The position numbers and the translations under genes were made by a program. From Patescibacteria group bacterium (GTDB taxonomy: Bacteria > Patescibacteriota > Patescibacteriia > Veblenbacterales > UBA10138), in assembly GCA_041645215.1 (NCBI GenBank), contig JBAZQK010000002.1:15435-79434 (forward strand): a stretch of 64,000 nucleotides of DNA. Direction: 5' to 3'. This document shows positions 9,175 to 18,938 of the stretch, piece after piece; the stretch's first letter is position 1; every line of letters begins with the position of its first letter. Under the pieces are notes generated by a model, which worked only from the letters and a program-made list of their open reading frames with translations, ran no database searches and had not been told where the DNA came from.

Positions 9175-9833
9175 GCGCAATTTATTTTGACATTGGCGGA
9201 ACCTATGTTAGGACTGAAGTTATTAAAAATGGCCGAAGTTTATTTTATAAAAAAGTTCGTACAGCAAAAAATCGTATTAAATTTATTAGTCAACTAAAGA
9301 GCGTGATTAATAAGTTAGTTAAAAAATATAATTGTCAGCAAATTTGTTTTGGCGTGGCTGGTGTGGTTAGTGGTTCAAAGGTTATTTCTTGTGCTAATAT
9401 TAAATATTTAAGTAATTTTGATTTTAAAAAGATAGTTCCACCTCAAGTTAAAATTTTGGTGGATAATGACGCCCGAGCCTGGCTAAGTCAAATTGTGGTC
9501 AACAATCCGCAATTCCAAAATGGCACTATCTTAGGAATTACGGTCGGTACCGGTATCGGTCGGGCGGTGGCTCGGGATGGTAAAATTTTAAAAATAAAAA
9601 AGTTTGAACATCGGGAAAAATGGGAATCGGAATATCAACAGCGAAAATTTGAACCGAGTCCGAAATTAGCGCGTTGGTTTGCTGAAAAATTGCGGCCGAT
9701 TATCAATTTTTATAAACCTGATTTTATAGTCTTGGCTGGCGGTGTGATTGAGAAAAAACAGGGGTTTTATAGAGAGTTAGTAAATAGTCTAAGTAAAGGC
9801 AGTCCTAAGGTTAAAGTTGTTAAAGTGTTTTAG
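9171..9833 (+). CDS. ROK/BadF-type sugar kinase-like ATPase
   Basis: IYFDIGGTYVR N-terminal phosphate loop, VDNDARAW, GITVGTGIG. Confidence 0.45.
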   Translation: MSAIYFDIGGTYVRTEVIKNGRSLFYKKVRTAKNRIKFISQLKSVINKLVKKYNCQQICFGVAGVVSGSKVISCANIKYLSNFDFKKIVPPQVKILVDNDARAWLSQIVVNNPQFQNGTILGITVGTGIGRAVARDGKILKIKKFEHREKWESEYQQRKFEPSPKLARWFAEKLRPIINFYKPDFIVLAGGVIEKKQGFYRELVNSLSKGSPKVKVVKVF

Positions 9834-9873
9834 TCAATTTGCTTGAAATTAGTCAAATCGCTATACTGTTTTT

Positions 9874-11118
9874 ATGCTGCAATCTCAATTATTTTCCAAA
9901 ACCTCCCGCCAAGTGTCAGCCGATGAGGTGTCTATTAATGCCAAGCTCTTAATTCAAGCCGGTTTTGTTGATAAGCAAATGGCCGGGGCTTACAGCTATT
10001 TGCCTTTGGGTTACCGCGTATTTAAAAAAATAGAACAAATCATTCGTGAGGAAATGAATGCCATTGGCGGCGAGGAAATGATTATGACCGCCATGCAGCC
10101 CAAGGAATTATGGGAGGCAACCGGGCGCTGGGAGACCGACGAAAATATAATGTACAAATGCGAGGACAAGAACGGTCCAACCGTCGGGTTAGCTTGGACT
10201 CATGAGGAGGCGGTGACGGTTATTGCCAAGCGTTTTATCAGTTCTTATCGCGATTTACCGCGCTATGTCTATCAACTGCAAACTAAGTTCCGTAATGAGC
10301 CGCGAGCTAAATCAGGTATTATGCGCACGCGTGAGTTTATAATGAAGGATTTATACAGTTTTCACGCGGACGAGGCTGATTTGGATAAATATTATGAAGT
10401 GGTCAAGCTGGCTTATTTAAAGATATTTGCGCGTTGTGGACTGGAGGCTTTGGTAGTGGAGGCCTCCGGTGGAGCCTTTACCAAAAATTACTCTCATGAA
10501 TTTCAGGTTATAACTGAAGCCGGCGAGGATTACACGGTTTATTGCGCCGCTTGTAAGTACGCGCAAAATCGTGAAGTTGCCCAAGGTAAAGTCGGTGAAG
10601 CTTGCCCGGCTTGCGCCCAGGCTAAACTGCAAGAAGCCAAAAGTTCAGAGGTGGGTAATATTTTTAAACTCGGCACAAAATTTTCCGAAAGTCTTAAGCT
10701 TTATTACACCGCCAAGTCAGGTGAACAAAAGCCGGTTATTATGGCATCATATGGAATTGGTCCGGGTCGGATAATGGGAACAATCGTTGAGGTTCATCAC
10801 GATGATGCCGGTATGGTGTGGCCCCCAAGCGTGGCTCCCTATAAAATTCATTTGCTGGCGCTGGCGAGCAGTGAAACGGCGCTAAGTAAAGCTGACCAGG
10901 CTTATTCCAAACTGACAGCGATGGGAATAGAGGTGCTGTATGACGACCGTCAAGAATCAGCCGGCATAAAATTAAAAGACGCCGACTTAATCGGTCTGCC
11001 GTGGCGGGTAGTTGTCAGCGCCAAAACCGGTGATAATTTTGAGATTAAGGCCCGCCACCAACCGACCAGCCAGCTGTTATCATATTCGGAGCTATTGAAT
11101 AAATTTAGTGTTCAGTAA
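9874..11118 (+). CDS. proS: Prolyl-tRNA synthetase (short form lacking editing insertion)
   Basis: Class II aaRS motifs; strong ProS-like N-terminus (QAGFVDKQMAGAYSYLPLGYRV, RTREFIMKDLYSFH). Confidence 0.8.
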   Translation: MLQSQLFSKTSRQVSADEVSINAKLLIQAGFVDKQMAGAYSYLPLGYRVFKKIEQIIREEMNAIGGEEMIMTAMQPKELWEATGRWETDENIMYKCEDKNGPTVGLAWTHEEAVTVIAKRFISSYRDLPRYVYQLQTKFRNEPRAKSGIMRTREFIMKDLYSFHADEADLDKYYEVVKLAYLKIFARCGLEALVVEASGGAFTKNYSHEFQVITEAGEDYTVYCAACKYAQNREVAQGKVGEACPACAQAKLQEAKSSEVGNIFKLGTKFSESLKLYYTAKSGEQKPVIMASYGIGPGRIMGTIVEVHHDDAGMVWPPSVAPYKIHLLALASSETALSKADQAYSKLTAMGIEVLYDDRQESAGIKLKDADLIGLPWRVVVSAKTGDNFEIKARHQPTSQLLSYSELLNKFSVQ

Positions 11119-11159
11119 TTTACTGGACAACTTAGCGTTGTCAAGCTAAACTAGTATAT

Positions 11160-12203
11160 ATGTTTGGTATTTTTTTGCGCCGTTTTTCCAAAGACATGGG
11201 GATTGATTTAGGCACGGCTAACACTTTGGTCTACGTTAAAGATCGCGGTATTGTCGTGAACGAACCGTCCGTGGTTGCGATAAATTCTCGTACTGATCAA
11301 ATTGTCGCCGTGGGCGAAGAGGCTAAAAAAATGATCGGTAAAACTCCGGGCCACCTGGTAGTGAGTCGTCCTTTGGTCGGTGGCGTTATTTCTGATTTTG
11401 AGGTGACCGAAAAAATGCTTAAGTATTTTATTGATCGGGTACACCGTGAAACTTACACTATTTCGCCGCGACCGCGGGTGGTTATAGGAATTCCACTTGA
11501 TGTCACCGAGGTTGAACGAAAAGCGGTTGAAGACGCGGCTTTATCCGCCGGCGCCCGTGAGGTTTTGCTGATTGAGGAACCAATGGCGGCCGCCTTAGGC
11601 GCCCGTCTGCCGGTTAAAGAGGCGACTGGTCATATGATTGTTGATATTGGCGGTGGTACCACGGAGATTGCCGTGATTTCCTTGGGCGGCGTGGTAATGT
11701 CGCGTTCACTGCGACAGGGCGGCGACGATATGACGGAATCGGTCGTTCAATTTGTGCGCGATAATTTTAATTTATTATTAGGCGATCGTTCAGCTGAAGA
11801 CATTAAAATAAAAATCGGTTCGGCCGTGCCGTTGGATAAACCTTTGGAAATGCGGGTTCGGGGCCGTGATTTAATGACCGGTTTGCCCCGTGAGATTGTG
11901 GTGAATGACAGTCAGATTCGTGAGTCGCTGCAAAAGTTATTAAAGCTAATGATGGAGAATGTTAAAATCACCATTGAGAATACACCGCCTGAATTGGTAG
12001 CCGATATTTATGAGCGTGGTATATTATTGTCGGGTGGTGGTTCGCTGCTGCGCGGCTTAGATAAATTACTGGCGGGAGAATTGGCCATTCCGATTCAAGT
12101 GGTTGATGATCCGTTGACCGCGGTGGTACGCGGCACCGGGGTTATTTTGGAAGATTTAGAAAGTACGCGCGATTTATTATTGCCTTCAATCCAGCGATCT
12201 TAG
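11160..12203 (+). CDS. mreB: Rod shape-determining protein MreB
   Basis: MFG...GIDLGTANTLVYV actin-fold start, DIGGGTTEIAVIS. Confidence 0.9.
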   Translation: MFGIFLRRFSKDMGIDLGTANTLVYVKDRGIVVNEPSVVAINSRTDQIVAVGEEAKKMIGKTPGHLVVSRPLVGGVISDFEVTEKMLKYFIDRVHRETYTISPRPRVVIGIPLDVTEVERKAVEDAALSAGAREVLLIEEPMAAALGARLPVKEATGHMIVDIGGGTTEIAVISLGGVVMSRSLRQGGDDMTESVVQFVRDNFNLLLGDRSAEDIKIKIGSAVPLDKPLEMRVRGRDLMTGLPREIVVNDSQIRESLQKLLKLMMENVKITIENTPPELVADIYERGILLSGGGSLLRGLDKLLAGELAIPIQVVDDPLTAVVRGTGVILEDLESTRDLLLPSIQRS

Positions 12204-12213
12204 TAAATTATTT

Positions 12214-13023
12214 ATGCAAGGTCAGGCTCGTCGGCGATTGAGTAAAATATTAATACTGCTGGCGGCGCTGGTTATTTTAAGCCTCCGACCGGTGTGGCGG
12301 ACCACGCAACAACTTACTCAACCAGCCATTAATTACAGTCTTGAGCTGGTTGATAGGTTGGCGTCCGGTATGGCAACTTTTTTGAACGCTGGTCAGTGGC
12401 AACGCGAAAACGAGCAATTACGCAACCAAGTAGCCTTATTGCACGGTAAGCTAGGCAGTTATGCCGAGTTGGTAAATGAGAACGAGCAATTGCGTCAACT
12501 TAACGCCATGGTTGTTCCGCTTGGCTATAAAAAAATAGGCTCGCGGGTGGTGGGTCAGCAGATAGATGAGTCGGGCTCATATTATTTACTTGATCGCGGC
12601 TGGCGTGATGGACTGCAGGTCGGTATGCCGGTGGTAGTGGGTTTAGAGCAGAGCCAAGACGTTGTGTCAGCTACTATATTGGGCACTATTCAAACAGTTA
12701 GTGAACGAATGTCGTCTTTTAATTTAACTACCTCCAGCGCCAGCCAAATTATAATTCAAATTAATAACGAATCATATACCCAGACCTTAGCCGCGGGCGA
12801 GTATAATTTAGCTATTAGATTAAAATTTATTCCCCAAGATAATAAAATTGAAGCCGGCCAGTTAGTGTTCACCAGTAATTTAAATCCTTTAATTCCACCG
12901 GGCCTATTGGTCGGCGTGATTAGTGAGGTAAGTCAGATTGAAGGTGATTTTTTTAAGTCGGCTATAGTTACGCCGCCGCTGGAGATTACTAATTTAAATT
13001 ATGTTTACGTTTTGGCTAAGTAA
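12214..13023 (+). CDS. mreC: Rod shape-determining protein MreC
   Basis: Position after mreB; coiled-coil N-terminus; MreC-like beta domain. Confidence 0.55.
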   Translation: MQGQARRRLSKILILLAALVILSLRPVWRTTQQLTQPAINYSLELVDRLASGMATFLNAGQWQRENEQLRNQVALLHGKLGSYAELVNENEQLRQLNAMVVPLGYKKIGSRVVGQQIDESGSYYLLDRGWRDGLQVGMPVVVGLEQSQDVVSATILGTIQTVSERMSSFNLTTSSASQIIIQINNESYTQTLAAGEYNLAIRLKFIPQDNKIEAGQLVFTSNLNPLIPPGLLVGVISEVSQIEGDFFKSAIVTPPLEITNLNYVYVLAK

Positions 13024-13529
13024 TGCTCATGACAGTCTTAATCAATATTTTATTAGGATTAGTTTTAGTGGCCGGGCGTTGGTTACTGTTGGGCTGGTTT
13101 GGCCTAATAGCTGACGCTTTGTGGGTTAGCGGGGTTTTGTACTTTAATCGTCAAACCGGCTCGCAACGGGCTTTGTATTTGTTATTGGTTGGCAGTTTAG
13201 TGATTGATTTGGTATCATCAAAAACCTTTCCCCTATATACCGCCACGACTGGGATAGCCTGGTTTATTTACAGTGAATTTATTGGAGCTCATTTGTCATT
13301 TTTAGGCAGTTGGAACCGGTGGTTGTGTTTGACGGTTTGGTTGATTTTGTGGCGTGTCGTCCGTGTAATTCTAGTTTTATGGTTATGGTTTAGTGGCCTA
13401 GACGGCGCGGCACCGACCAATTTAGATTGGCTGACCTGGTTAATTTGGTTAGCGGGCGGAACCTTGGTTTGGTTGGTGGTGGAATGGTTAATTCGCATTA
13501 AACAGCTGCCTTATTATTTAGAACGGTAG
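13023..13529 (+). CDS. mreD: MreD-like membrane protein
   Basis: Small polytopic membrane protein in the mreBC-mrdA operon. Confidence 0.4.
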   Translation: MLMTVLINILLGLVLVAGRWLLLGWFGLIADALWVSGVLYFNRQTGSQRALYLLLVGSLVIDLVSSKTFPLYTATTGIAWFIYSEFIGAHLSFLGSWNRWLCLTVWLILWRVVRVILVLWLWFSGLDGAAPTNLDWLTWLIWLAGGTLVWLVVEWLIRIKQLPYYLER

Positions 13530-13530
13530 T

Positions 13531-15453
13531 ATGACCCGGCCAAAGGATCCATTTGTAATAAAGGAAACTGGCGGCGATATTAAAGATCGCTCAGTTAGTG
13601 GTTTTAGTTGGCGGGCCTTGGAAGGCACTACTTTGGGAGAAGTTGGAGTGGCCACCTTGCGCCGGGTGATATCTCAGACTGTGCCGTATTTTTGGTTGGG
13701 CGGCATTTTGCTGGTCTTACTGGTCTTAGCCGTAAGATTGCTGTATTTGCAAGGTATACAAGGACAATATTGGCGCAATGTCGCCGAGGGTAATCGTATT
13801 CGATTGGAATATTTGCCAGCCATTCGCGGTCCGATGGTGGATCGGGCTGGACGCCCCTTAACGCGGAATACCCCAAATTTTAGTCTAGTGGCGACGCCGT
13901 CTGATTTGCCAAAAAATGAAGTTGAGCGTCAGGCGTTGCTGAATGATTTGCTCGCCCAAGTGCCGCCTGAACTTATCCACCAAGAAGAAATCAGCGCTTT
14001 GTCCAAGGCGTCTTATTTGCCGCAAGTTATAGCCTCTAACATTTCGCGAGAGTTAGCCTTGGTTTTAATGGTTAAGACGGCTGGTAGTAAGGGCGTTAAA
14101 GTGGCGTTGATTAACCAGCGTGAATATTTACTTGGTTCGGCCGCCGCTCATATTTTAGGATATGTCGGGCAAGTTACGCCAGCTGACTTTGAGTCGCCCG
14201 GTGCCAACTATTTATTAAATGACAGTATCGGAAAAAGCGGCCTGGAGTACACCTACGACGGCGTCTTACGCGGTCAGGTTGGTCGTAAAGAAGTGGAAAT
14301 TGACGCCCTGGGCCGTGAACAAAAAGTCTATGCGACTCAAGCGCCGCAAGTCGGCGGTAAATTAATTTTGACGATTGACAGTGAATTGCAGCAGGCGGCC
14401 TATGAACAACTAACCAGCGTGGTTAGTCAAACCGGGAAAGGTGGCAGTGTAGTGGCGCTGGATCCGACAACCGGCGAGATTTTAGCATTAGTTAGTTATC
14501 CTAGCTTTGATCCAAATATTTTTACCCTCCGGCGCGATGCTTTGGCTATTAAAAGTGTTTTATCTGACCCGCGGCGGAGTATGTATAATCGCCCCGTAGC
14601 CGGCGAATACCCGCCGGGCTCAACCATCAAACCGTTATTAGCCGCGTCTGGTTTAGCAGATGGCATCATAACAACCGCGACTACCGTAATGAGTACGGGC
14701 GGACTAAGTTTGGGTGACCAGTTTTTCGCGGACTGGAAGTCGGGTGGACACGGCCTGACCAATGTCTATAAAGCGATAGCTGAATCAGTCAATACTTTTT
14801 TTTATTTATTAGGCGGTGGAGCCCAGGATCGACCGGGCTTAGGAATAAATCGCCTGGATTATTATTTTGATTTATTCGGCATCGGTTACAAAACCAATAT
14901 TGATTTGCCGGGAGAAAGAGTTGGTTTTGTTCCAACCCCAAAGTGGAAGTTGGCGTTAAGAGGTGATCGCTGGTATCTTGGTGATACCTACAATGTATCA
15001 ATCGGGCAAGGCAATTTGCTGGTAACGCCGCTGCGTTTGGCAGTTGCTTACGCGGCGTTGGCGACAGATGGAGTAATACGTTGGCCTCATTTGGTTAGAC
15101 AAATTTTATATTCCGACGGTCAGGTTGAGGAAATTAATCCGAAAGAACTGGGTAAACTATCTTTTAGTCCGGAGGTTTTGCGGGTGGTGCAGCAAGGTAT
15201 GCGTCAGACCGTGACCGAGGGCAGTGCGCGCTCGTTGCAGGCTGTGGCGTGGCCGGTGGCTGGTAAAACCGGAACCGCCCAAACTGGTACGCGAACCGCT
15301 CCCCATGCTTGGTTTGCCGGTTATATGCCAGCTGTCAATCCGCGTTTTTTGGTAGTTGTGATGTTAGAAAACGGCGGTGAGGGATCCAGCGCCGCGGTGC
15401 CAATAGCGCGTAAACTTTTTGACCGGTATTACAATACCTATAAACAAAAATGA
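13531..15453 (+). CDS. mrdA: Penicillin-binding protein 2 (transpeptidase)
   Basis: PBP dimerisation plus transpeptidase domains (STIKP, SIGQG-like, KTGTA). Confidence 0.8.
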   Translation: MTRPKDPFVIKETGGDIKDRSVSGFSWRALEGTTLGEVGVATLRRVISQTVPYFWLGGILLVLLVLAVRLLYLQGIQGQYWRNVAEGNRIRLEYLPAIRGPMVDRAGRPLTRNTPNFSLVATPSDLPKNEVERQALLNDLLAQVPPELIHQEEISALSKASYLPQVIASNISRELALVLMVKTAGSKGVKVALINQREYLLGSAAAHILGYVGQVTPADFESPGANYLLNDSIGKSGLEYTYDGVLRGQVGRKEVEIDALGREQKVYATQAPQVGGKLILTIDSELQQAAYEQLTSVVSQTGKGGSVVALDPTTGEILALVSYPSFDPNIFTLRRDALAIKSVLSDPRRSMYNRPVAGEYPPGSTIKPLLAASGLADGIITTATTVMSTGGLSLGDQFFADWKSGGHGLTNVYKAIAESVNTFFYLLGGGAQDRPGLGINRLDYYFDLFGIGYKTNIDLPGERVGFVPTPKWKLALRGDRWYLGDTYNVSIGQGNLLVTPLRLAVAYAALATDGVIRWPHLVRQILYSDGQVEEINPKELGKLSFSPEVLRVVQQGMRQTVTEGSARSLQAVAWPVAGKTGTAQTGTRTAPHAWFAGYMPAVNPRFLVVVMLENGGEGSSAAVPIARKLFDRYYNTYKQK

Positions 15454-15455
15454 AG

Positions 15456-15484
15456 CCTCTCCCTTTTGTACAAAAGGGAGGGTA
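15456..15484 (+). terminator. Hairpin CTCCCTTTTGTACAAAAGGGAG after mrdA
   Basis: Perfect 8-bp stem; weak U-tract. Confidence 0.35.
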
Positions 15485-15630
15485 TCTTCCGATACCCGCC
15501 TAACCGCTCGTGCGCCTGCTCGGCCCACGGTCCCGCTAAGCGGGGCGGGCCGGCCAAGATCAGCCTAGGGCTGACAAGTGTTAAGGTGTTCAGGAGGATT
15601 AAGTATTCATGAAGCTTCAGACTTAAGCGC

Positions 15631-15660
15631 TTGACAGGTGTTTAATTTGTCATTATCTTT
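15631..15660 (+). promoter_or_regulatory. Candidate sigma70-like promoter TTGACA-17 nt-TATCTT upstream of greA
   Basis: Hexamer spacing only; would give a long leader containing MITE copy C in antisense. Confidence 0.25.
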
Positions 15661-15725
15661 AGTTTGTTATCAAATTACCCCATTAGAACCTGTTTGTCGC
15701 CAATCCAAATTGGTACAGATAGTAA

Positions 15726-15890
15726 TAGGACTTACGCGCTGGCCGCTTGCCGGGCTGGCGGAGCCCGACCCCGCAAGCGGCTTTGGCCAATTTCTTCGTT
15801 AAAACCTCTGCTTGGCGTTCATCCCGCCAGGGCGGGACTCGCTCCAATGCTCGGTTTTGCCTCGAACTTGGCGCAAACGCGTAAGTCCTA
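15726..15890 (-). mobile_element. Structured MITE copy C (TAGGACTTACG TIR family), 165 bp, 5-bp TSD TTACT (plus-strand AGTAA at 15721-15725 and 15891-15895)
   Basis: 13-bp perfect TIR TAGGACTTACGCG/CGCGTAAGTCCTA; ~85-90% identical to copies at 27400-27565 and 53753-53919 with compensatory substitutions. Confidence 0.75.
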
Positions 15891-15903
15891 AGTAATTAAA
15901 CAA

Positions 15904-16377
15904 TTGTCAATTTATATGAGTAATCAGAGTTATATAACTAAACCAGGGTTGGACAAACTAGCACAAGAGCTAAAAGTGTTAAAAACTGATAAACGTAAAG
16001 CCATCGCCAGTCGTATCCAGGAAGCTAAAGAGTTGGGTGATTTATCGGAAAACGCCGAGTATGCTGAAGCAAAAAACGAACAGGCGTTTATTGAGGGCCG
16101 CATTATTGAGATTGAAAATTTGCTTAAGAACGCCATAATCATAAAGGCTGAAACCGGCAGTGAGGTGGTAAAAATTGGCTGTACGGTTATTTTTGATGGG
16201 CCCCACGGCGAAAAAAAATATACCATTGTCGGCTCCAACGAGGCCGACCCCAGCCGGGGTTTAATTTCTAACGAGTCGCCCATCGGCCAGGCTTTTTTGG
16301 GAAGTAAGGTGGGTGACACGGTTGAAGTAAAGTTACCCAAGGGCGTAGTTCACTATAGCGTAACAAGTATTAAATAG
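15904..16377 (+). CDS. greA: Transcription elongation factor GreA
   Basis: GreA coiled-coil and C-terminal FKBP-like domain; true start may be the ATG at 15916. Confidence 0.85.
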   Translation: MSIYMSNQSYITKPGLDKLAQELKVLKTDKRKAIASRIQEAKELGDLSENAEYAEAKNEQAFIEGRIIEIENLLKNAIIIKAETGSEVVKIGCTVIFDGPHGEKKYTIVGSNEADPSRGLISNESPIGQAFLGSKVGDTVEVKLPKGVVHYSVTSIK

Positions 16378-16564
16378 CCTCCTAAGTTATAACACTCCAC
16401 CCGAAGTACATTGGGGTGGTAGCCAAAACGTCCGTCCTCCGCTGTCCTCAAAAAGGTGAACGAAGGATAATAAATTATGAACGCTCGTTATTAGGCGGGC
16501 GTTTTAGTTTGTCAAAATGGCTAAAGTCCATTAAAATATAGTCACTTAATTAACCATCATATTT

Positions 16565-18097
16565 ATGTCGTCACGTGAAGAACAAGAATTAAAAAGCCGA
16601 TTAGATAAGTTGAAGCAATGGTCTAAGTTGGGAACCGAGTTATATCCGTCAATTTGTCGGCGTCAACATACTTCAATTGATATAATAAAGCTGGCGCAAG
16701 GGCAAAATTTGACTTTACTGGGCGAGGATTTAAGTCCGACAGCCTCAATGATGGTTTATACGGCCGGACGACTAATGACCCTGCGTCCGCACGGATCGCT
16801 GGTGTTTGCCACCTTGCAGGACCAGGCCGGGTTGATTCAGCTGGCGTGGCTGAAAAACAAGACGAAGCCGAAAGAGTGGGAGTTGGTGCAGGCGCTTGAC
16901 CGCGGTGATATTATTGCCGCCGCCGGGCCAATTGTAAAAACTAAAAGTGGCGAGGTAACAGTTTTGGTAAAGGAATTCACGCCGCTGGCTAAAGCCTTGC
17001 GGCCGTTACCGGAAAAATGGCACGGCCTAAAGGATGTCGAGGCCAGGCTTAGGCAACGCTATGTTGATTTAATGATGTCGGCGGAAAGTCGTGAACTTTT
17101 TATTAAAAAAAGCCGGTTTTGGCAGACGGTTCGTTCTTATTTAATGACCGCCGGTTTTATGGAGGTAGACACATCAGCCTTGGAGGTAATTGCCGGCGGG
17201 GCAGACGCCACGCCATTCGTAACGCACCACCAGGCCTTAGATAAAGATTTTTATCTGCGCATATCTTTGGAATTGCCCTTAAAGCGTTTGCTGGTAGGAG
17301 GTTATGAAAAAGTGTTTGAAATTGGCAAAGTTTTTCGCAATGAAGGTATAGATACCGAGCATTTGCAGGATTACACTATGTGCGAGTTTTATTGGGCTTA
17401 TGCCAATTATGAGGACCTAATGTCATTCACGCAAAAAATGTATCAAGAGATTGTGCAAGCCGTAACCCATGCACCAGAGTCACTGCGCGGCACGGTGCCG
17501 GGCGCAGCTGGTGGTCTTACCACCACGTATCAAGGCACGATGATTAATTGGGCAGGGGAGTGGCCGCGCCGAGACTATTTTGCTTTGATAAAAGAAATAT
17601 CGGGTGAGGATTTAGCCGGCGTTACTGAAGTAACAGCTTTGCGTAAATTGCTTGATAAGCATCATCTTAAATATGAAGCTAGTATGGGCGTGGGGCGTTT
17701 GATTGATTTGTGGTTTAAGAAAAAAGTGCGCCCACAAGTAACTGGTCCGATATTTTTGATTAATCATCCGGTGGAAGTGTCGCCCTTAGCTAAACGCGAC
17801 CCTAAAAATCCAGCGCGGGTGCAAAGGCTGCAGATTATCGCCGGCGGTTCGGAATTGGGCAATGGCTTTTCTGAACTTAATGACCCGTTTGACCAGCGCA
17901 GCCGTTTTGCCGAGCAGGCTAAATTGCGCGCCGCTGGTGACAGTGAGGCCATGATGCTGGACGAAGATTTTATTACCGCTTTGGAATATGGCATGCCGCC
18001 CGCCGCCGGCTTTGGCCTGTCCGAGCGGCTATTCAGTTTTATAGTTGACAAATCCATCCGCGAAACCACTCTTTTCCCGCCGATGAGGGATAATTAA
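16565..18097 (+). CDS. lysS: Lysyl-tRNA synthetase, class II
   Basis: OB anticodon-binding N-domain; class II motifs (FRNEG, GGSELGNGFSEL). Confidence 0.85.
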   Translation: MSSREEQELKSRLDKLKQWSKLGTELYPSICRRQHTSIDIIKLAQGQNLTLLGEDLSPTASMMVYTAGRLMTLRPHGSLVFATLQDQAGLIQLAWLKNKTKPKEWELVQALDRGDIIAAAGPIVKTKSGEVTVLVKEFTPLAKALRPLPEKWHGLKDVEARLRQRYVDLMMSAESRELFIKKSRFWQTVRSYLMTAGFMEVDTSALEVIAGGADATPFVTHHQALDKDFYLRISLELPLKRLLVGGYEKVFEIGKVFRNEGIDTEHLQDYTMCEFYWAYANYEDLMSFTQKMYQEIVQAVTHAPESLRGTVPGAAGGLTTTYQGTMINWAGEWPRRDYFALIKEISGEDLAGVTEVTALRKLLDKHHLKYEASMGVGRLIDLWFKKKVRPQVTGPIFLINHPVEVSPLAKRDPKNPARVQRLQIIAGGSELGNGFSELNDPFDQRSRFAEQAKLRAAGDSEAMMLDEDFITALEYGMPPAAGFGLSERLFSFIVDKSIRETTLFPPMRDN

Positions 18098-18098
18098 T

Positions 18099-18461
18099 AT
18101 GGTAGAGAATTTATTGATTCGTTTTGTTGATTCTGCAATCTCCGCGGAGTTACTTAAACAAGTAGCGGCGGAACGATTTGGTGATATGGTTAAAGCAGTG
18201 GTTGATGTGGAGCGCAAAGTAATGGCTATAGGCGGTGAGCTTCATGCCGACGAAGAGCAGTATCTTTTAGAGAATGGTTCTATCCCAACCGACTTGTGGG
18301 GTATTAACATTTATATTAACCAGCCCTTACCGCAAGCCGTAGAATTTGATTCCATGATTAACGTGCGTCCCAGCCAAGCCAATCGCTCGCGGGGTGTGGA
18401 TAATGAGGAGTTGCGGAAAAAGATTATTGGGGTTGTACAATCTTTAGTAGGCCAACCTTAA
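18099..18461 (+). CDS. Hypothetical protein (120 aa), translationally coupled to lysS
   Basis: ATG 2 nt after the lysS stop; no recognisable domain. Confidence 0.4.
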   Translation: MVENLLIRFVDSAISAELLKQVAAERFGDMVKAVVDVERKVMAIGGELHADEEQYLLENGSIPTDLWGINIYINQPLPQAVEFDSMINVRPSQANRSRGVDNEELRKKIIGVVQSLVGQP

Positions 18462-18539
18462 ACCGTATCGTCATTGCGAGCACGTTCACTACGTTCAGTG
18501 TAAACTCCGCGAAGCAATCTAATCTATATGTAATTACTT

Positions 18540-18905
18540 ATGCAACATCGTGATTTATCAGCTGGCAGGTGGAATGAGCTTTCGGTAAGCGCGCAGTTCG
18601 CGAACATCGGCAGCGAGGTAGGGCGAGCTATGTCCGCTCACGAGCAAGGCCTTATGGCGCGTCAAGAAGCAGCTCTTAGACGTGCGTTTGAACTGATTGA
18701 TATGACGCTAACCAATATGACTTTGCGTTCATCAGCCAGACGCGAGGCGGCGCGAGTGCGGGAGTTGGTGGCAGATTACTTTTATGGAGATAATAGTTAC
18801 CAGACTAATCGTCAACAATGGGACAGATACTTTAACCAGTTCGCGGTGGCCGCCAACGCCGCCCGCCGCGAGACCACTCCTTTCCCGCCGATGAGGGATA
18901 ACTGA
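18540..18905 (+). CDS. Hypothetical protein (121 aa) whose last 11 codons derive from a duplicated lysS 3-prime end
   Basis: C-terminus ETTPFPPMRDN matches the LysS C-terminus ETTLFPPMRDN. Confidence 0.4.
   Translation: MQHRDLSAGRWNELSVSAQFANIGSEVGRAMSAHEQGLMARQEAALRRAFELIDMTLTNMTLRSSARREAARVRELVADYFYGDNSYQTNRQQWDRYFNQFAVAANAARRETTPFPPMRDN
18872..18904 (+). repeat. 33-bp direct repeat of the lysS 3-prime end (first copy 18071-18103), bracketing an ~0.8-kb insertion
   Basis: CGAGACCACTCCTTTCCCGCCGATGAGGGATAA vs CGAAACCACTCTTTTCCCGCCGATGAGGGATAA (2 mismatches). Confidence 0.7.
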
Positions 18906-18937
18906 TATATCGAAATTTCGATATATTGATATATCAA
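18905..18937. promoter_or_regulatory. Perfect 22-bp palindrome ATATATCGAAATTTCGATATAT plus 12-bp palindrome TTGATATATCAA
   Basis: Seen directly; lies between the lysS-end duplicate and the four-helix-bundle gene. Confidence 0.4.
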
Positions 18938-18938
18938 T

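Noticed and set aside
15664-15891. ORFs lying entirely inside repeat elements (15664-15891 +, 53759-54034 -, 53868-54056 +, 52031-52225 +, 56858-57133 -, 56970-57170 +)
   Set aside because: They fall wholly within the structured MITE copies or palindromic elements. Their apparent conservation is explained by the repeat itself, and their translations are low-complexity and Arg/Pro/Ala-rich.
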